From a virus (Duplodnaviria > Caudoviricetes): DNA of 37,118 nt. Of this stretch, positions 8,576 through 18,213 are shown one piece after another; within the stretch, counting starts at the first letter, position 1, and each line of letters opens with the position of its first letter. The notes under the pieces are model-generated. The model was not told where the DNA came from. It did not search any database and was given only the letters and a program-made list of their open reading frames with translations. The stretch lies in the IMG/VR virus record IMGVR_UViG_3300037483_000661, positions 1 through 37,118 of that record; one strand, written 5' to 3'. A program made the translations under genes and the position numbers.

Positions 8576-10233
8576 GCGGCGCCCGGGATCCGTGCGAGGA
8601 GTCGGTCGAAGTCGTGCCCCGTGCCGCGCTTGGCGATCAGTCCTCCGAACGCGATGTCCGCGCCGGCAGAGGATCCCAGCGACCCTAGATGGAGGACGTC
8701 GTCGGACCAGGCGGGCGCGAAGGGGATGGCCGTCCCAGGACCGCTATCACTGACCACCGCGCCGCCGTTCTTCCGGCCGTGGAGATGCACGGATCCGTCG
8801 GCAAAGAGTTCCAGCATCAACTCGATTAGGTCACCCGGGGTCGGGGTGAGCGCAATCGTGGAGTTGCTTTCGCCGAGCGCCGTCGCGTGACCCGCGAGGT
8901 ACGTACTCGCGCCGCTCGGCTTGGCGATCAGGAGGAGCGGGCTCGATCCCGCGGCGGCGCCGATCTGCCAGAGGCGGGGGCTCAGATCGCCGGCGGCCAC
9001 CCAGGGCGGCGCGGCGCGCTCGACGAACCGGGTCGCATAGCTCGCGGCCATCGGCCCGTGCGGATAATCGACCGACCACTGGTCAGCATTGCGGGTGTCG
9101 AGGCTCGGGCCCTGATAACTCGCCGGGAAACTCGCGTCCCACGCGTTGAACCCGAAGATGTACAGGGATCCCGTCGCAGCCCCCGACACGCCCGCCGGGA
9201 AGATCCGGAGGACGTTCGTCTCGCCATCGTCAATACCGCTCGGCGCGAACGCGATCGCGTACCATCCTCCGGTGAGCGGCACGAGGTCAAAGAGCGCGCC
9301 GGCGCCGCTCGTGGTCGCGATCGCCGGGACGCCGTCCGTCCAGGTGATCGTGACCCGCTGATTTCCCGCCGGCGAGTCGAGGTCGACGGCCGACTCGGCG
9401 GCACTCCCCGCACGCACCGCTCCCAGAATCGCCTTACTCCCGTCCCCCGTGAATCCCGCCACGACCTGGATCCCCTCGAGTCCCGCGCCATCGTTGTCCT
9501 CGAGGAGATAAGCGGCCGCACCGCCGACGGGATCGGCCTGCCCGCCCGTCAGGACGGGGGTCCCGATCGGCGTCCACGCCGAAAAATCCTCCGGCTCCGG
9601 CAGGAGTTGGGTCCGCGCGGCCTCGAGGAGCGTGAACGGCCGCAGGATGCCGTTGACCTCGATCCACGTCACCCGGCGGAGCCCGCTCGCGATCGACTCG
9701 ATCCGCCGCGCGGCCGAGATCCGCGTCCCCGTCGTCGCCCGCGTGAACGCGGCCCCGGTCATCGGGCCCGCCGGCCCCACCTGGACGAGGAGCCCGGAAG
9801 CAAGCGGCGCCAGGGAGCCGCCGTCGATGCGCCGGAGCGTGACCGGGACCTCCCACTCGCCGTACGCGGAGCGCGCCCCGTCCGGCGTCACCTGGACCAC
9901 GGCGCCGGCGTCCATGAGGACGACCGGGTACGCCTCGGCGGGGACCGCCAGGTCCGGGTAGTAGGTGAGCGTCCGGCCCCGCGCCCCTTCCCGCAGCAGG
10001 GCGCGCAGCGCATCGGGGTTGCTGTGGAACCGGATCCGGCCCTGGATCTCCTCGGCGCCGCCTGTGAACTGCTCGACGTGGATGGTCTGCTGGTCGAGCG
10101 CCACCGACCGGAACAGCGTCTCGACGTCGCCGTACGCGCCCCCGGGAATCCAGAGCCGGCACGGCAGCACATGCACGACCTCCTGGCCGTCCGCGTCGGT
10201 GAGCGCGAAGCCGGACCGATGGGTGAGGATCAT
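8572..10233 (-). CDS. Distal tail protein fused to carbohydrate-binding/LamG-like C-terminal domains (553 aa)
   Basis: ATG 10233 overlaps the tape-measure stop (ATGA); FTRATTGT...LLEAARTQLLP motif common in phage tail/fibre proteins; beta-rich C-terminus. Confidence 0.65.
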   Translation of the reverse strand: MILTHRSGFALTDADGQEVVHVLPCRLWIPGGAYGDVETLFRSVALDQQTIHVEQFTGGAEEIQGRIRFHSNPDALRALLREGARGRTLTYYPDLAVPAEAYPVVLMDAGAVVQVTPDGARSAYGEWEVPVTLRRIDGGSLAPLASGLLVQVGPAGPMTGAAFTRATTGTRISAARRIESIASGLRRVTWIEVNGILRPFTLLEAARTQLLPEPEDFSAWTPIGTPVLTGGQADPVGGAAAYLLEDNDGAGLEGIQVVAGFTGDGSKAILGAVRAGSAAESAVDLDSPAGNQRVTITWTDGVPAIATTSGAGALFDLVPLTGGWYAIAFAPSGIDDGETNVLRIFPAGVSGAATGSLYIFGFNAWDASFPASYQGPSLDTRNADQWSVDYPHGPMAASYATRFVERAAPPWVAAGDLSPRLWQIGAAAGSSPLLLIAKPSGASTYLAGHATALGESNSTIALTPTPGDLIELMLELFADGSVHLHGRKNGGAVVSDSGPGTAIPFAPAWSDDVLHLGSLGSSAGADIAFGGLIAKRGTGHDFDRLLARIPGAA

Positions 10234-12146
10234 GCGAACCGCACCCCGCGATCGCGGCCGTCGGCGACCAGGTGCCCGAACGCCTGCCGCCACCAGGTGT
10301 CGAGCGCGAGCTCGCGCGGATCCATGACCCGCGGGTAGGGCGGGAGCGACGCCAGGTCGAGGCGGAGCCCTCCCCCGCTCGGCACGATCGCGCCGCTCGC
10401 CTGGGGCACGAACAGCTCGGGCCCGCGCTCGCCGACCAGGTACGCGCGGCCCCCCTGAACCGGCCCGCCGTGCTGGCGACCCGACACGGCGCCCCCGATC
10501 GCCGCCCCGATGCTACCCAGCCCGGGCAGGAAGAACGCGACGGCGCGCGTAATGAGGGCTTGGACGAGGATCCGCTTGAGCTGGGCGATCACGCTGTTGG
10601 CGAACGCGCTGAAGGAGAGCTTCCCGCTCGTGGCCGCCTGCTCCATGCTGCTCGCGATCGCCGCCCCGAACGTCTCCGTGGACGTCGTCGTCTTGTCGAG
10701 CTCGCCCCGGGCCGCCACGATCGCCCGGACGTACGTCTCCCCGGAGATTTTCCCGCCCTCGAGCAGGGCGTTGAGCTCGGTCTGCCGGGCGGCGTACTTC
10801 TCGGTCGCGGTCTGGAACTCGGTCGTGATGGCGGCGGCCTTCTTCGCGAGCTCGTCGGTCGCGTCGGCGTCAGCCTTGAGGAGGGCGATATCCCGTTGCA
10901 GGGCGAGGGCGTGCTCGATCGTCGCCTCGCTCGCGCCGAGCTTGGCGAGCTGGTAGCGGGTGACGGCCTCGGCCGTCTGGCCGGTCGTCGCGCGCTCCTC
11001 CTCGAGCTTCCCGACGAACGCGGCGACGTCCTCGGCCGCCTTGGCGGTCGCGTCCTTGATCTTGGTGCGGGCCTCGACCGCGGGGGCGGCGAGCTGCGCG
11101 CCGATCGCCGGCGCCCGGGACTCGACGTTCTTCCCGACGCTGTACCACACGTTGGCCAGGTCCGTCCCGACCTGACCGACGTCGGCGACAAAGTCGCGCC
11201 CGGTCTCCTTCACGGCCTCGAAGGCGGCCCGCCACTTCCCCTGAAGGGCGAGGACTACGACGGCGGCGACGTTCCCCAGCTCGTGCGCGAGCGTCACGAG
11301 CACGCCCTTCACGACCGCGCCCACGCTCAGGAATCCGCGCAACACCCCCTCGGCGCCGGCGATCGCGCCCTGGAACCCGCCGGTCTTCCCGGACGCGTCG
11401 ACAAACCGGTTGGAAAGGTCCAGCAGGATGGGCAGCACGCGCTGCGCGACCAGGTTGATCGCGCCGGTGAAGACGCCTTTGAGCCGGGTCAGGTTGTCGC
11501 GGAATTGCTCCGCGGCCGCGGCCGTGTCGTCGTCGATCACGAGCCCGAGCCGCGCGGCCTCGTCGGTCATCGCCGCGAGCCCGGCCCGGCCCTGGTTGAG
11601 CATCGGGATCAGCTTCGTCCCGGCCCGACCGAACACCTCCTGGGCGAGGGCCGTCTTCCGGGTGCCGTCCTCCATGGCGGCGAAGCGCTCGGCCATGTCG
11701 CCGAGCAGCTCGCGCTGGGGCCGGAGCTTCCCCTCGCTGTCGGTGACGGCGACGCCCAGGCTGTCGAACGCCGCTTTCTGGCTCGCGAGCCCCGCGGCCG
11801 CGTCGCTCGAGGCCCGGGCCATCTTGGCGAGGCCCTTCTCGAGCTCCTCATTGGAGACGCCGGACAGGTCCGCCGCGTGCCGGAGCCCGGTCAGGGTCTC
11901 GGTCGTTGTCCCGATCGCCTGGGCCGTCTTCCGCGCGTTGTCGGCCGTCTCGATCGAGCGCGCGACCAGGGCGCCGAACGCGCCGACGCCGGCGACGCCG
12001 GCCGCGGCGAGCGCCTTCCCGACCTGGGCCGCCCGGGCAGCGATCCGCTTGATCGCCGCCTCCGACTGCCCCGACGCCTGCACGAGCGCGGTGGCGTCGC
12101 CGACGATCTTGACGATCAGCTCCTTAATGGTCGAGCGGCCGGCCAC
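10230..12146 (-). CDS. Tail tape measure protein (638 aa)
   Basis: Ala-rich helical protein; N-terminal IKELIVKIVGD; C-terminal RQHGGPV..GRAYLVGERGPELFVP signature; follows the tail chaperone genes. Confidence 0.93.
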   Translation of the reverse strand: MAGRSTIKELIVKIVGDATALVQASGQSEAAIKRIAARAAQVGKALAAAGVAGVGAFGALVARSIETADNARKTAQAIGTTTETLTGLRHAADLSGVSNEELEKGLAKMARASSDAAAGLASQKAAFDSLGVAVTDSEGKLRPQRELLGDMAERFAAMEDGTRKTALAQEVFGRAGTKLIPMLNQGRAGLAAMTDEAARLGLVIDDDTAAAAEQFRDNLTRLKGVFTGAINLVAQRVLPILLDLSNRFVDASGKTGGFQGAIAGAEGVLRGFLSVGAVVKGVLVTLAHELGNVAAVVVLALQGKWRAAFEAVKETGRDFVADVGQVGTDLANVWYSVGKNVESRAPAIGAQLAAPAVEARTKIKDATAKAAEDVAAFVGKLEEERATTGQTAEAVTRYQLAKLGASEATIEHALALQRDIALLKADADATDELAKKAAAITTEFQTATEKYAARQTELNALLEGGKISGETYVRAIVAARGELDKTTTSTETFGAAIASSMEQAATSGKLSFSAFANSVIAQLKRILVQALITRAVAFFLPGLGSIGAAIGGAVSGRQHGGPVQGGRAYLVGERGPELFVPQASGAIVPSGGGLRLDLASLPPYPRVMDPRELALDTWWRQAFGHLVADGRDRGVRFA

Positions 12147-12570
12147 GGGCGGCGTCCTCCTGCTGCAGGGCCTCGAGCACCGCGTCGGGGAGCGTGCCCC
12201 CCTTCGCGAGCGTGAACATCGCCATCACGCGCAGACTATCGGCCGGCGAGCCGGCCGCGGACGACGCCAGGAGCTCGGCCCGCGTCGGCAGCGCGAAGAA
12301 ATCGGCCGGCTCGAACCGCCCGCCGCTGAGCTTCCGCATTCGGAGCGCCGGGAGGAGCTGCTCGAGGAGGACGCCCGCCGTCCATTGGATCACCTCCCGG
12401 TCCCGGGCCGCGCGCGTCGCGGCCGCCTCCTGGTACGTCTGCACCCAGGCCGCGGTCGCCCGGGGGGTCAGCCGCCAATACAGCGCGTCGGGGATCCCTA
12501 CGACCCCGACGCAGTAGCTCCACTCGTCCCAATCGGCCCGCTCGGGGTCGACGGGGCCGGCGGAGGGTCC
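12124..12570 (-). CDS. Tail assembly chaperone gpT-like frame, probably reached by -1 frameshift
   Basis: Frame -1 relative to the upstream chaperone; W...GIPDALYWRLTP motif typical of gpT-like regions; no good independent start. Confidence 0.65.
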   Translation of the reverse strand, partial: GPSAGPVDPERADWDEWSYCVGVVGIPDALYWRLTPRATAAWVQTYQEAAATRAARDREVIQWTAGVLLEQLLPALRMRKLSGGRFEPADFFALPTRAELLASSAAGSPADSLRVMAMFTLAKGGTLPDAVLEALQQEDAARGRPLDH

Positions 12571-13001
12571 GTCGGGCCCGCCCCTCCGGCGGCGGGCGAC
12601 GGCGGCTTGAGGATCCGGAGGAGGCAGCTCGTGCAATACTGCAGGACGGCGTTGACCAGGTCGCCCGCCACGAGCGGCGTACAGACCTCCTCCACGGTCT
12701 CGAGCCGCAGCTGCGGCTGGTGGGTCGTCGCCAGGACCCAGAGCAGGAGCGGGAACGTCTCGTCGTCGATGTAGGCCCACTCCTGGGCGCCGCGGAGCTC
12801 GACCCCGCGCGGCCGCGCCCCCGGCAGCGGCCGGCCGGCCTCGTCGCACGGCCCGATCGGACCGATCCCGCGCTCCCGGGTGATCTGCCGGAACCGCGAA
12901 AAGGCGGCGTTGCTCGCGAGCAGCACACACTGCCCCACGGGCGCCGGGAGCGTGATTGCGAGCGTCTCCCCGAGGGCCGCCTCGCGCGCGATCAGGCCCA
13001 T
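12498..13001 (-). CDS. Tail assembly chaperone gpG-like (167 aa)
   Basis: ATG 13001 overlaps the tail tube stop; lies between tail tube and tape measure; low-complexity tail after ...GPTDPP. Confidence 0.7.
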   Translation of the reverse strand: MGLIAREAALGETLAITLPAPVGQCVLLASNAAFSRFRQITRERGIGPIGPCDEAGRPLPGARPRGVELRGAQEWAYIDDETFPLLLWVLATTHQPQLRLETVEEVCTPLVAGDLVNAVLQYCTSCLLRILKPPSPAAGGAGPTDPPPAPSTPSGPIGTSGATASGS

Positions 13002-13426
13002 ACCGGCACGCCGGAGATCTTGAGCTCGCCGGCGATCGGGATCTTCCCGTCCACCGGGAACGCGCCGATCGTCAGGTTCACGATCGACGCCGGGAACGTG
13101 CAGGTCGGGTCGCCGGCGATCTGCGGCCAGGCGAGCTGATAGTTGCGGATCCCGCCTGCCTGGAACCGGCCCAGGAGGCCGGCCGCCGTGTCGCCGTGGG
13201 TCGTCTCGGCCGGGTCCCAATGCCCTTCGAACGGCACGGTCCCGTAGTCCTTGGTCGTCTCGACGTGCTCCTCGGCGTGCTCGTCCGAGTCGTTGTCGAC
13301 GGCGGATTCCACGTTCTGGGCGAAGGCGAGCGGTCCGGCGCTCCGGATCTGCGCGATCTTCGTGAACGCCTCGGTGGCGCCGCCATCGCCCATCCGAAGC
13401 TCGGTCTCCTTGCCTGCGTAACGCAT
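12992..13426 (-). CDS. Major tail tube protein (144 aa)
   Basis: G.ETELRMGDGG..EAFTKIAQI...KDYGTVPFEG.W...GELKISGVP pattern of siphovirus tail tubes; AGGAGG RBS. Confidence 0.88.
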   Translation of the reverse strand: MRYAGKETELRMGDGGATEAFTKIAQIRSAGPLAFAQNVESAVDNDSDEHAEEHVETTKDYGTVPFEGHWDPAETTHGDTAAGLLGRFQAGGIRNYQLAWPQIAGDPTCTFPASIVNLTIGAFPVDGKIPIAGELKISGVPVWA

Positions 13427-13450
13427 GGGCCCTGCCCTCCTGGCTCGCGG

Positions 13451-13906
13451 TTAGTCTGCACTCGGGTCGGCGAACTGCCGGTGGAACATCGCCCGGAACT
13501 GCACGCCCGCGGCCGCGTACGCCTCCGCGAGGTCCTCCCCCTGCCACTGCGTGTCCCCCTCGACGACGTCGGTCACCAGCCCGCCCAGGGTTGGATCCGC
13601 GAGGATCCGGGACACGGCCCACCAGTACAGCTCCTCGACCAGCTCGTCCGCCGTGGTGGCGGCGGTGAGCTGCTTCGCGCGGCACTCGACGACGAATACG
13701 AACTCGTCCTCCCGGCGCCCGAGCTCGCTGTCGCCCTCCGTGCTGCGGACCGGGTAGACGACGAGCGCCGAGAGCTTGTCCTTGTCGAGCGGCCGGAACC
13801 GGAACCGGTGCACGGCCGTGAGGTGCGTCGGCCGGTCATCATCGGCGGCTTCGAGCAGGGCGACCACCGCCGCGAGGATCTGGCTCCGGATCGTCTCGGG
13901 GGTCAC
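13451..13906 (-). CDS. Tail terminator/completion protein (151 aa)
   Basis: GTG 13906; IRSQILAAVVALL...ILADPTLGGLV motif; directly upstream of the tail tube gene. Confidence 0.75.
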   Translation of the reverse strand: MTPETIRSQILAAVVALLEAADDDRPTHLTAVHRFRFRPLDKDKLSALVVYPVRSTEGDSELGRREDEFVFVVECRAKQLTAATTADELVEELYWWAVSRILADPTLGGLVTDVVEGDTQWQGEDLAEAYAAAGVQFRAMFHRQFADPSAD

Positions 13907-14244
13907 GCCGGCGCTCCCGAGAGGTGCAGGTCGGTGAGTCCGGAGCCGGGATCGTCCTGGCGGTCCCGGACGATGAACGTCCCGGACCAGTGCACCGTCC
14001 CGTCGGCCGTCACCCGCTCGGCCGTGAGGGTCTCGTCGATCGCCGCGTCGGGCAGGAGCTCGCCCACCACGCGCACGTAGAGCGGGGTGTCCCGGATGCT
14101 CGGCTCGACGAACGCGAGCTCCGGCCGGCCGTGGAGGCGGCCCCACGAGACGGTCGTCCCGTGGGTCACGCGCACCCCCCGGGCATCATCGCGGAGCATG
14201 TCCTCGAGCTCCGCGGCCGCGATCACCCGCCCGTCGTCGGTCAC
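13903..14244 (-). CDS. Head-tail joining protein (gpFII-like, 113 aa)
   Basis: Size, position, and C-terminal FIVRDRQDDPGSGLTDLHL resembling head-closure proteins. Confidence 0.6.
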   Translation of the reverse strand: MTDDGRVIAAAELEDMLRDDARGVRVTHGTTVSWGRLHGRPELAFVEPSIRDTPLYVRVVGELLPDAAIDETLTAERVTADGTVHWSGTFIVRDRQDDPGSGLTDLHLSGAPA

Positions 14245-14537
14245 GAGGACTTCTTCCGCCCCTTCCCCTTCCGCGTGCCCTTCGTGGCCGGCGCCTTGGC
14301 CGGCGCCCGGGCGGCGCCCTTCGCGTCCGCGGCCGCGGGCACGTCAGCCGGCACCGCCCCGCCCGCGCCGAGCGCCTTCGCGTCCGTCTGCGCCGGCGCC
14401 GCGCGGCCCTGCTGCATGAACGCGCGCGCGTCGCCGAGCGGCAGCTCGACCACGCTGTTGCCGTAGTCGGGGCCGTAGTTCCTCCCCTTGTAGCACACGT
14501 TCTTCGTGAAGCGGATCACCGTCAGTTGCGGAGGCAT
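14241..14537 (-). CDS. Small basic head-associated protein (98 aa), nested in-frame start
   Basis: CAGGAGA RBS before ATG CCT; MPPQLTVIRFTKNVCYKG...VVELPLGDARAFMQQGRA plus Lys/Ala-rich tail, like the small gene often following capsid genes. Confidence 0.55.
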   Translation of the reverse strand: MPPQLTVIRFTKNVCYKGRNYGPDYGNSVVELPLGDARAFMQQGRAAPAQTDAKALGAGGAVPADVPAAADAKGAARAPAKAPATKGTRKGKGRKKSS

Positions 14538-15272
14538 CGGGGTTCTCCTGGGGTCAGGGACACGGAGGGCCGCCAGGCCGGCGACCAGGTCAGCAGGGAG
14601 CCGCTCGAGGATGCGAGCGGCGACGGTGGGCCCATAGCCCGCGTCGTACGGGTGCATCCCTTCCGGCGTCTTGACGTCGACGGCGCACGCGTCGAGCTGG
14701 CGCACGCGGAGGAGCTCCGGCTGCGCCACCGCGGCCGCGCGCTGCATGCTCATGTGATCCATGCCCGCGTGTCGGTGATCCTGCCAGAGCTCCCACGGCG
14801 GATCGACCCGGTCGAGTAGCTCGGCGCGGTACAGCCGGCCGGGCCCGGCGGGCTCCCCGCGGCGCGCGCCGAGGTAGCCACTCCAATAGCGGACCTGGCT
14901 GGTGCCCAGGTGCATGAAGTAGAGATCCGCGAGCCCGAGGTACGGCACGCCCGCCTCGCACCGCGCGAGGAGCGCCCGACACGTCCGCTCACAGAGAAAG
15001 TCGTCCGAGCCCATGACGAGCACGGCGTCGGCGCCGGCGTCCCGGGCGGCGAACATCGCCGCGTTGAACTTCCGGCCGAGCGGCTCGTTGGGGACGCGGA
15101 CCGCCTGGCCGTCGTACGCGGCGGCGAGCTCCTCGTGCCGGTCCTGGGATACCGCGGTGATGGCGAGGACCTCGTGCGGCGCCCACCAGGCGCGGAGATG
15201 CTGCGTCCACCGCCAGTAGAGCGCGGTGAGCGCGAAGCGCCGCCAGGCGGCCGTGATGACGGCAACCTTCAC
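14241..15272 (-). CDS. Glycosyltransferase (GT-A fold) with in-frame C-terminal small capsid-associated domain
   Basis: GTG 15272 coupled to the upstream stop; VAVITAAWRR, PNEPLGRKFNA, VLVMGSDDF motifs; C-terminal 98 aa has its own RBS and ATG at 14537. Confidence 0.8.
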   Translation of the reverse strand: MKVAVITAAWRRFALTALYWRWTQHLRAWWAPHEVLAITAVSQDRHEELAAAYDGQAVRVPNEPLGRKFNAAMFAARDAGADAVLVMGSDDFLCERTCRALLARCEAGVPYLGLADLYFMHLGTSQVRYWSGYLGARRGEPAGPGRLYRAELLDRVDPPWELWQDHRHAGMDHMSMQRAAAVAQPELLRVRQLDACAVDVKTPEGMHPYDAGYGPTVAARILERLPADLVAGLAALRVPDPRRTPMPPQLTVIRFTKNVCYKGRNYGPDYGNSVVELPLGDARAFMQQGRAAPAQTDAKALGAGGAVPADVPAAADAKGAARAPAKAPATKGTRKGKGRKKSS

Positions 15273-16018
15273 GCGAACACCGCCGGCCGGTGCACCGTCC
15301 AGCCGCCCGTGCGGCCCTGGGCCGCGAGCAGCGCGTCGCGATTGGCGAACTTCCCGGCCGACTCCTCGGCCCAGATCGTGTACCCGGGCCGGCCCGGATC
15401 CGGCTCGAGCGGGGCCGCCCGATCGAGGAGGTACGTGAGCCAGTCCGCCGGGTGCGCGACGAGCCAGATCGGGACGCCCGCCCGCTGGGCCCAGAACGCG
15501 AGCGCCGGCTCCTCGGTGTTCCGGCCCGGGACGTGAGCGGGGACGCCGAGCCGCGTGTCGAACGCGAGCCCGCAGCCGCCCGGATAGTTGACCCAGCGGC
15601 CGCGCGCCACGTCGTCGAGCGTCTTGGCCGCAAAGTCCGCGTGCAGAAACGAGCGCGCCCGTGGCCGGAGGATCCGGCCGTGCGTCGTCACGAGCGCCTG
15701 GCCGGCCCAATGGTCGACCCAGGCCGCCATGACGTCGGCGTAGTCCGGCGGGTAGGCGAGGTCGTCGTCGCATACGAGATAGAGTCCGTCCCAGGTGTCC
15801 GCCCATTGCAGTTTCGTCGCGCTCCCACTCGGGTTGTCCGGATCGAGAACCCACTCGTCGGCGAGCGCCTCGACCTCCGGCGGGACCGCCGTCATCCGAT
15901 TGCAACTCACGGCCAACCGGTCGACCTGCGGCCGCAAGGACCGCAAGGTCTGACCGATCGGCCGTCCCGGGATCGTGGCGACCGCGGCAAGCCGCGGCCG
16001 CCGGATGGTCCCGGTCAC
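15269..16018 (-). CDS. Glycosyltransferase (GT-A fold, 249 aa)
   Basis: GTG 16018 after GGGAG; ATIPGR...LRPQVD, YLVCDDDLAYPPDY (DxD motif). Confidence 0.82.
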   Translation of the reverse strand: MTGTIRRPRLAAVATIPGRPIGQTLRSLRPQVDRLAVSCNRMTAVPPEVEALADEWVLDPDNPSGSATKLQWADTWDGLYLVCDDDLAYPPDYADVMAAWVDHWAGQALVTTHGRILRPRARSFLHADFAAKTLDDVARGRWVNYPGGCGLAFDTRLGVPAHVPGRNTEEPALAFWAQRAGVPIWLVAHPADWLTYLLDRAAPLEPDPGRPGYTIWAEESAGKFANRDALLAAQGRTGGWTVHRPAVFA

Positions 16019-16026
16019 GCTCCCGG

Positions 16027-18213
16027 TTAGGAGAGCGTGAGCCCGGTCGCCTTGGCGAACGCCTCGGCGTGCCGGAACTGGATGTCGGCCATTTGGAAGG
16101 ACGACACCTCGATGATGCCCTGCTTCTTCCCGGAGAACGGGTCGACGACCAGCTCGAGCATGCCCCACTCACCGACCAGCATCTCCCCCCAGGCCCCGAA
16201 GACGAGCCCGTGTTCGGACGGCGTCGGGGTCGGGGTCGCGCCCAAGTCCGTCCGGACCTGGGTCGAGGCCGCCGCCTTGTAGCCGTTCATTTCGCCGTCA
16301 CGGACACCGCCGGTCCAGATCGGCGCCCCGGAGACGGCGGGGAACGTCTCGGTCTGCTTCGCCACGCCCCGGATGCCCGGGGTCGTGAGGTACGCCATGC
16401 CGTCGACGTCCGCGTCCGCGTCGGCGATCGCCGTTTCCATCTCGATCACCTTCGCGTACGAGATCGCGCCGGCGAAGGCCACCGCGTTGACGCCGGAGGC
16501 GACGTACACGCCCTCCGGCTGGTTGTCGCCGCTCCCGGAGCCGTGGAGGCCGGCCCGGTCGATCCCGCGCGCGTGGATGGCGACGAGGTCCGTCTCGACC
16601 AGCGCGTCGACCGAGAGGGCCGCCTGCCGGAGGAGCTGGCGCGTGTAGTAGGTCGACGCCATGAGCGTCTTCGGGCTCAGGGTCACGAGCGCGAGCGCCA
16701 ACTCGGTGATGGTCTGGTCGGTGCCCGGGTTCTCCGCGAGCCACTCGGCCACCGCGGCCGCCGTCTGCTTGACGAAGGACGCGTTCCCGACCAGGCCCGG
16801 GAGGTAGGTTGCGCCGAGCTGCAGGACCATGGCGCGCGACCGGAGGAGCTCAATGAACCCGTGGAACTCGGTGTACACCGCCTCGGCGCCCTTCGTGCTG
16901 GTCGCCGTGTCGAGGCCGTCCCTGGTCTGGATCGCGTCCCGGAACTGGCGCGCGCTGGCCAGCAGCGGCCGGAGCGTCTCGAGCGTCTCGGCGTCGAGCG
17001 ACCCCGCTCGCGCGAGGATCCCGGTGGGGACGAAGATCCCGCCCCGCGGCTGGTACTTCTCCGGGAGGTGCTTCTCGAGGGCCCGCGAGACTTCCATCTC
17101 GAAGCCGGCGGGCTCGCCCTGACCGGCCGCCCGGACCTCAACCGCCTGCAGGATCGCCGATCGGAGCGAATAGTTCCGGACCTCCTGGTCCGTGAGGCCG
17201 AGGACGTTCCGGGTGCTCTGGGCCGGCGCCGTCGTCGGCTTCGCCGGGTTGGCCGCGCGCTCGGTCACGATCTCGCACGCCGCGTCGGCGAACGACGTGC
17301 CCTCGGTGATCCACTTCTCAACGCGCGCCTCGGGCAGGGTGTGCGCCTTGCCCAGGTTCCGGAGGTGCTGCATCCGGGTGCGTTCCTCGCTCCGGATCTC
17401 CTCCACGCTCGGCACGGGCACCGCCGGCGCCGCGTCACCTTCCACCCGGCCGGCCGGGCCGGCCTTGAGAACTTCCCCCATGTGCTCCCCCCTGGCCGCA
17501 TCGGCCGGTTGGTTTCGCGCCGGGTCATCCGCCGCGGCGCTCCGTCCCACGCCGACCGTCAGGTCGGCCGGGATCACTTCCCAGGATGCCTCGAGCGGCT
17601 CCCAATCGATGAACCGCCACGTCTCGACGTTGTCCTCGTCCACCGCCTCGAGCTGGGCGGCGTAGATCTGGTATCCGATCGACGTCGTCGACCGGATCCC
17701 GTCGAGCACGTCCGCCTGCACTTCCTGCCCGAACGGGTTGCGGGAGAACTTGGGCACGGCGCGAAGGGTCCGGTCCGGATCGACCGCCCCCTCGAGCCAC
17801 TTCCCGGTGAGCCGGGTCCGGATGTGCTCGGCGATCATCGGCAGCCCGCGCGTCACGCGCGCGAGGCGCACGCTCCCGGGCCCGTGGTCGAGGATCTCGA
17901 TCCAATCCGGCCCGAACCAGCCGCGCCGGCGGATCGGCGTCTCCGAGGACAGCGCGACGCGGCCGAGCGCCGCGACGTTCGCAAACTCCTCGCCGCCCGT
18001 GCCGGTGCCGGTCTCCTCCTCGGGGTCCTCGTCCCCCTCCTCCTGGCGCGCCGCCCGGATCGCCGGCGGCGCCGGCGCGATCGCCGGGTGCTCCACGTCG
18101 AGGTGCACCAGGGCGCGGTCCTGCCCGAGCGCGTTCCGCTCGGCGATCATCGCGGCCATCTCCCGCTCGCGTCGGGCCTTGAACGCGGGATCCAGCGGCT
18201 TACGCTCCGCCAT
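16027..18213 (-). CDS. Prohead protease-major capsid protein fusion (HK97 fold, 728 aa)
   Basis: ATG 18213 after AGGAGGG; protease motifs ALSSE...EILDH...SIGY...WEPLEASW..IPAD..VGVGRS; capsid motifs AEWLAE, LSPKT, GSG..NQPEGV, FGAW, LVVDPF; possible internal start at 17481 (GGGGGAG RBS, MGEVLK). Confidence 0.93.
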   Translation of the reverse strand: MAERKPLDPAFKARREREMAAMIAERNALGQDRALVHLDVEHPAIAPAPPAIRAARQEEGDEDPEEETGTGTGGEEFANVAALGRVALSSETPIRRRGWFGPDWIEILDHGPGSVRLARVTRGLPMIAEHIRTRLTGKWLEGAVDPDRTLRAVPKFSRNPFGQEVQADVLDGIRSTTSIGYQIYAAQLEAVDEDNVETWRFIDWEPLEASWEVIPADLTVGVGRSAAADDPARNQPADAARGEHMGEVLKAGPAGRVEGDAAPAVPVPSVEEIRSEERTRMQHLRNLGKAHTLPEARVEKWITEGTSFADAACEIVTERAANPAKPTTAPAQSTRNVLGLTDQEVRNYSLRSAILQAVEVRAAGQGEPAGFEMEVSRALEKHLPEKYQPRGGIFVPTGILARAGSLDAETLETLRPLLASARQFRDAIQTRDGLDTATSTKGAEAVYTEFHGFIELLRSRAMVLQLGATYLPGLVGNASFVKQTAAAVAEWLAENPGTDQTITELALALVTLSPKTLMASTYYTRQLLRQAALSVDALVETDLVAIHARGIDRAGLHGSGSGDNQPEGVYVASGVNAVAFAGAISYAKVIEMETAIADADADVDGMAYLTTPGIRGVAKQTETFPAVSGAPIWTGGVRDGEMNGYKAAASTQVRTDLGATPTPTPSEHGLVFGAWGEMLVGEWGMLELVVDPFSGKKQGIIEVSSFQMADIQFRHAEAFAKATGLTLS

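Noticed and set aside
1-10233. Diversity-generating retroelement acting on tail fibres
   Set aside because: No reverse transcriptase motif and no template/variable repeat pair differing at adenines was seen
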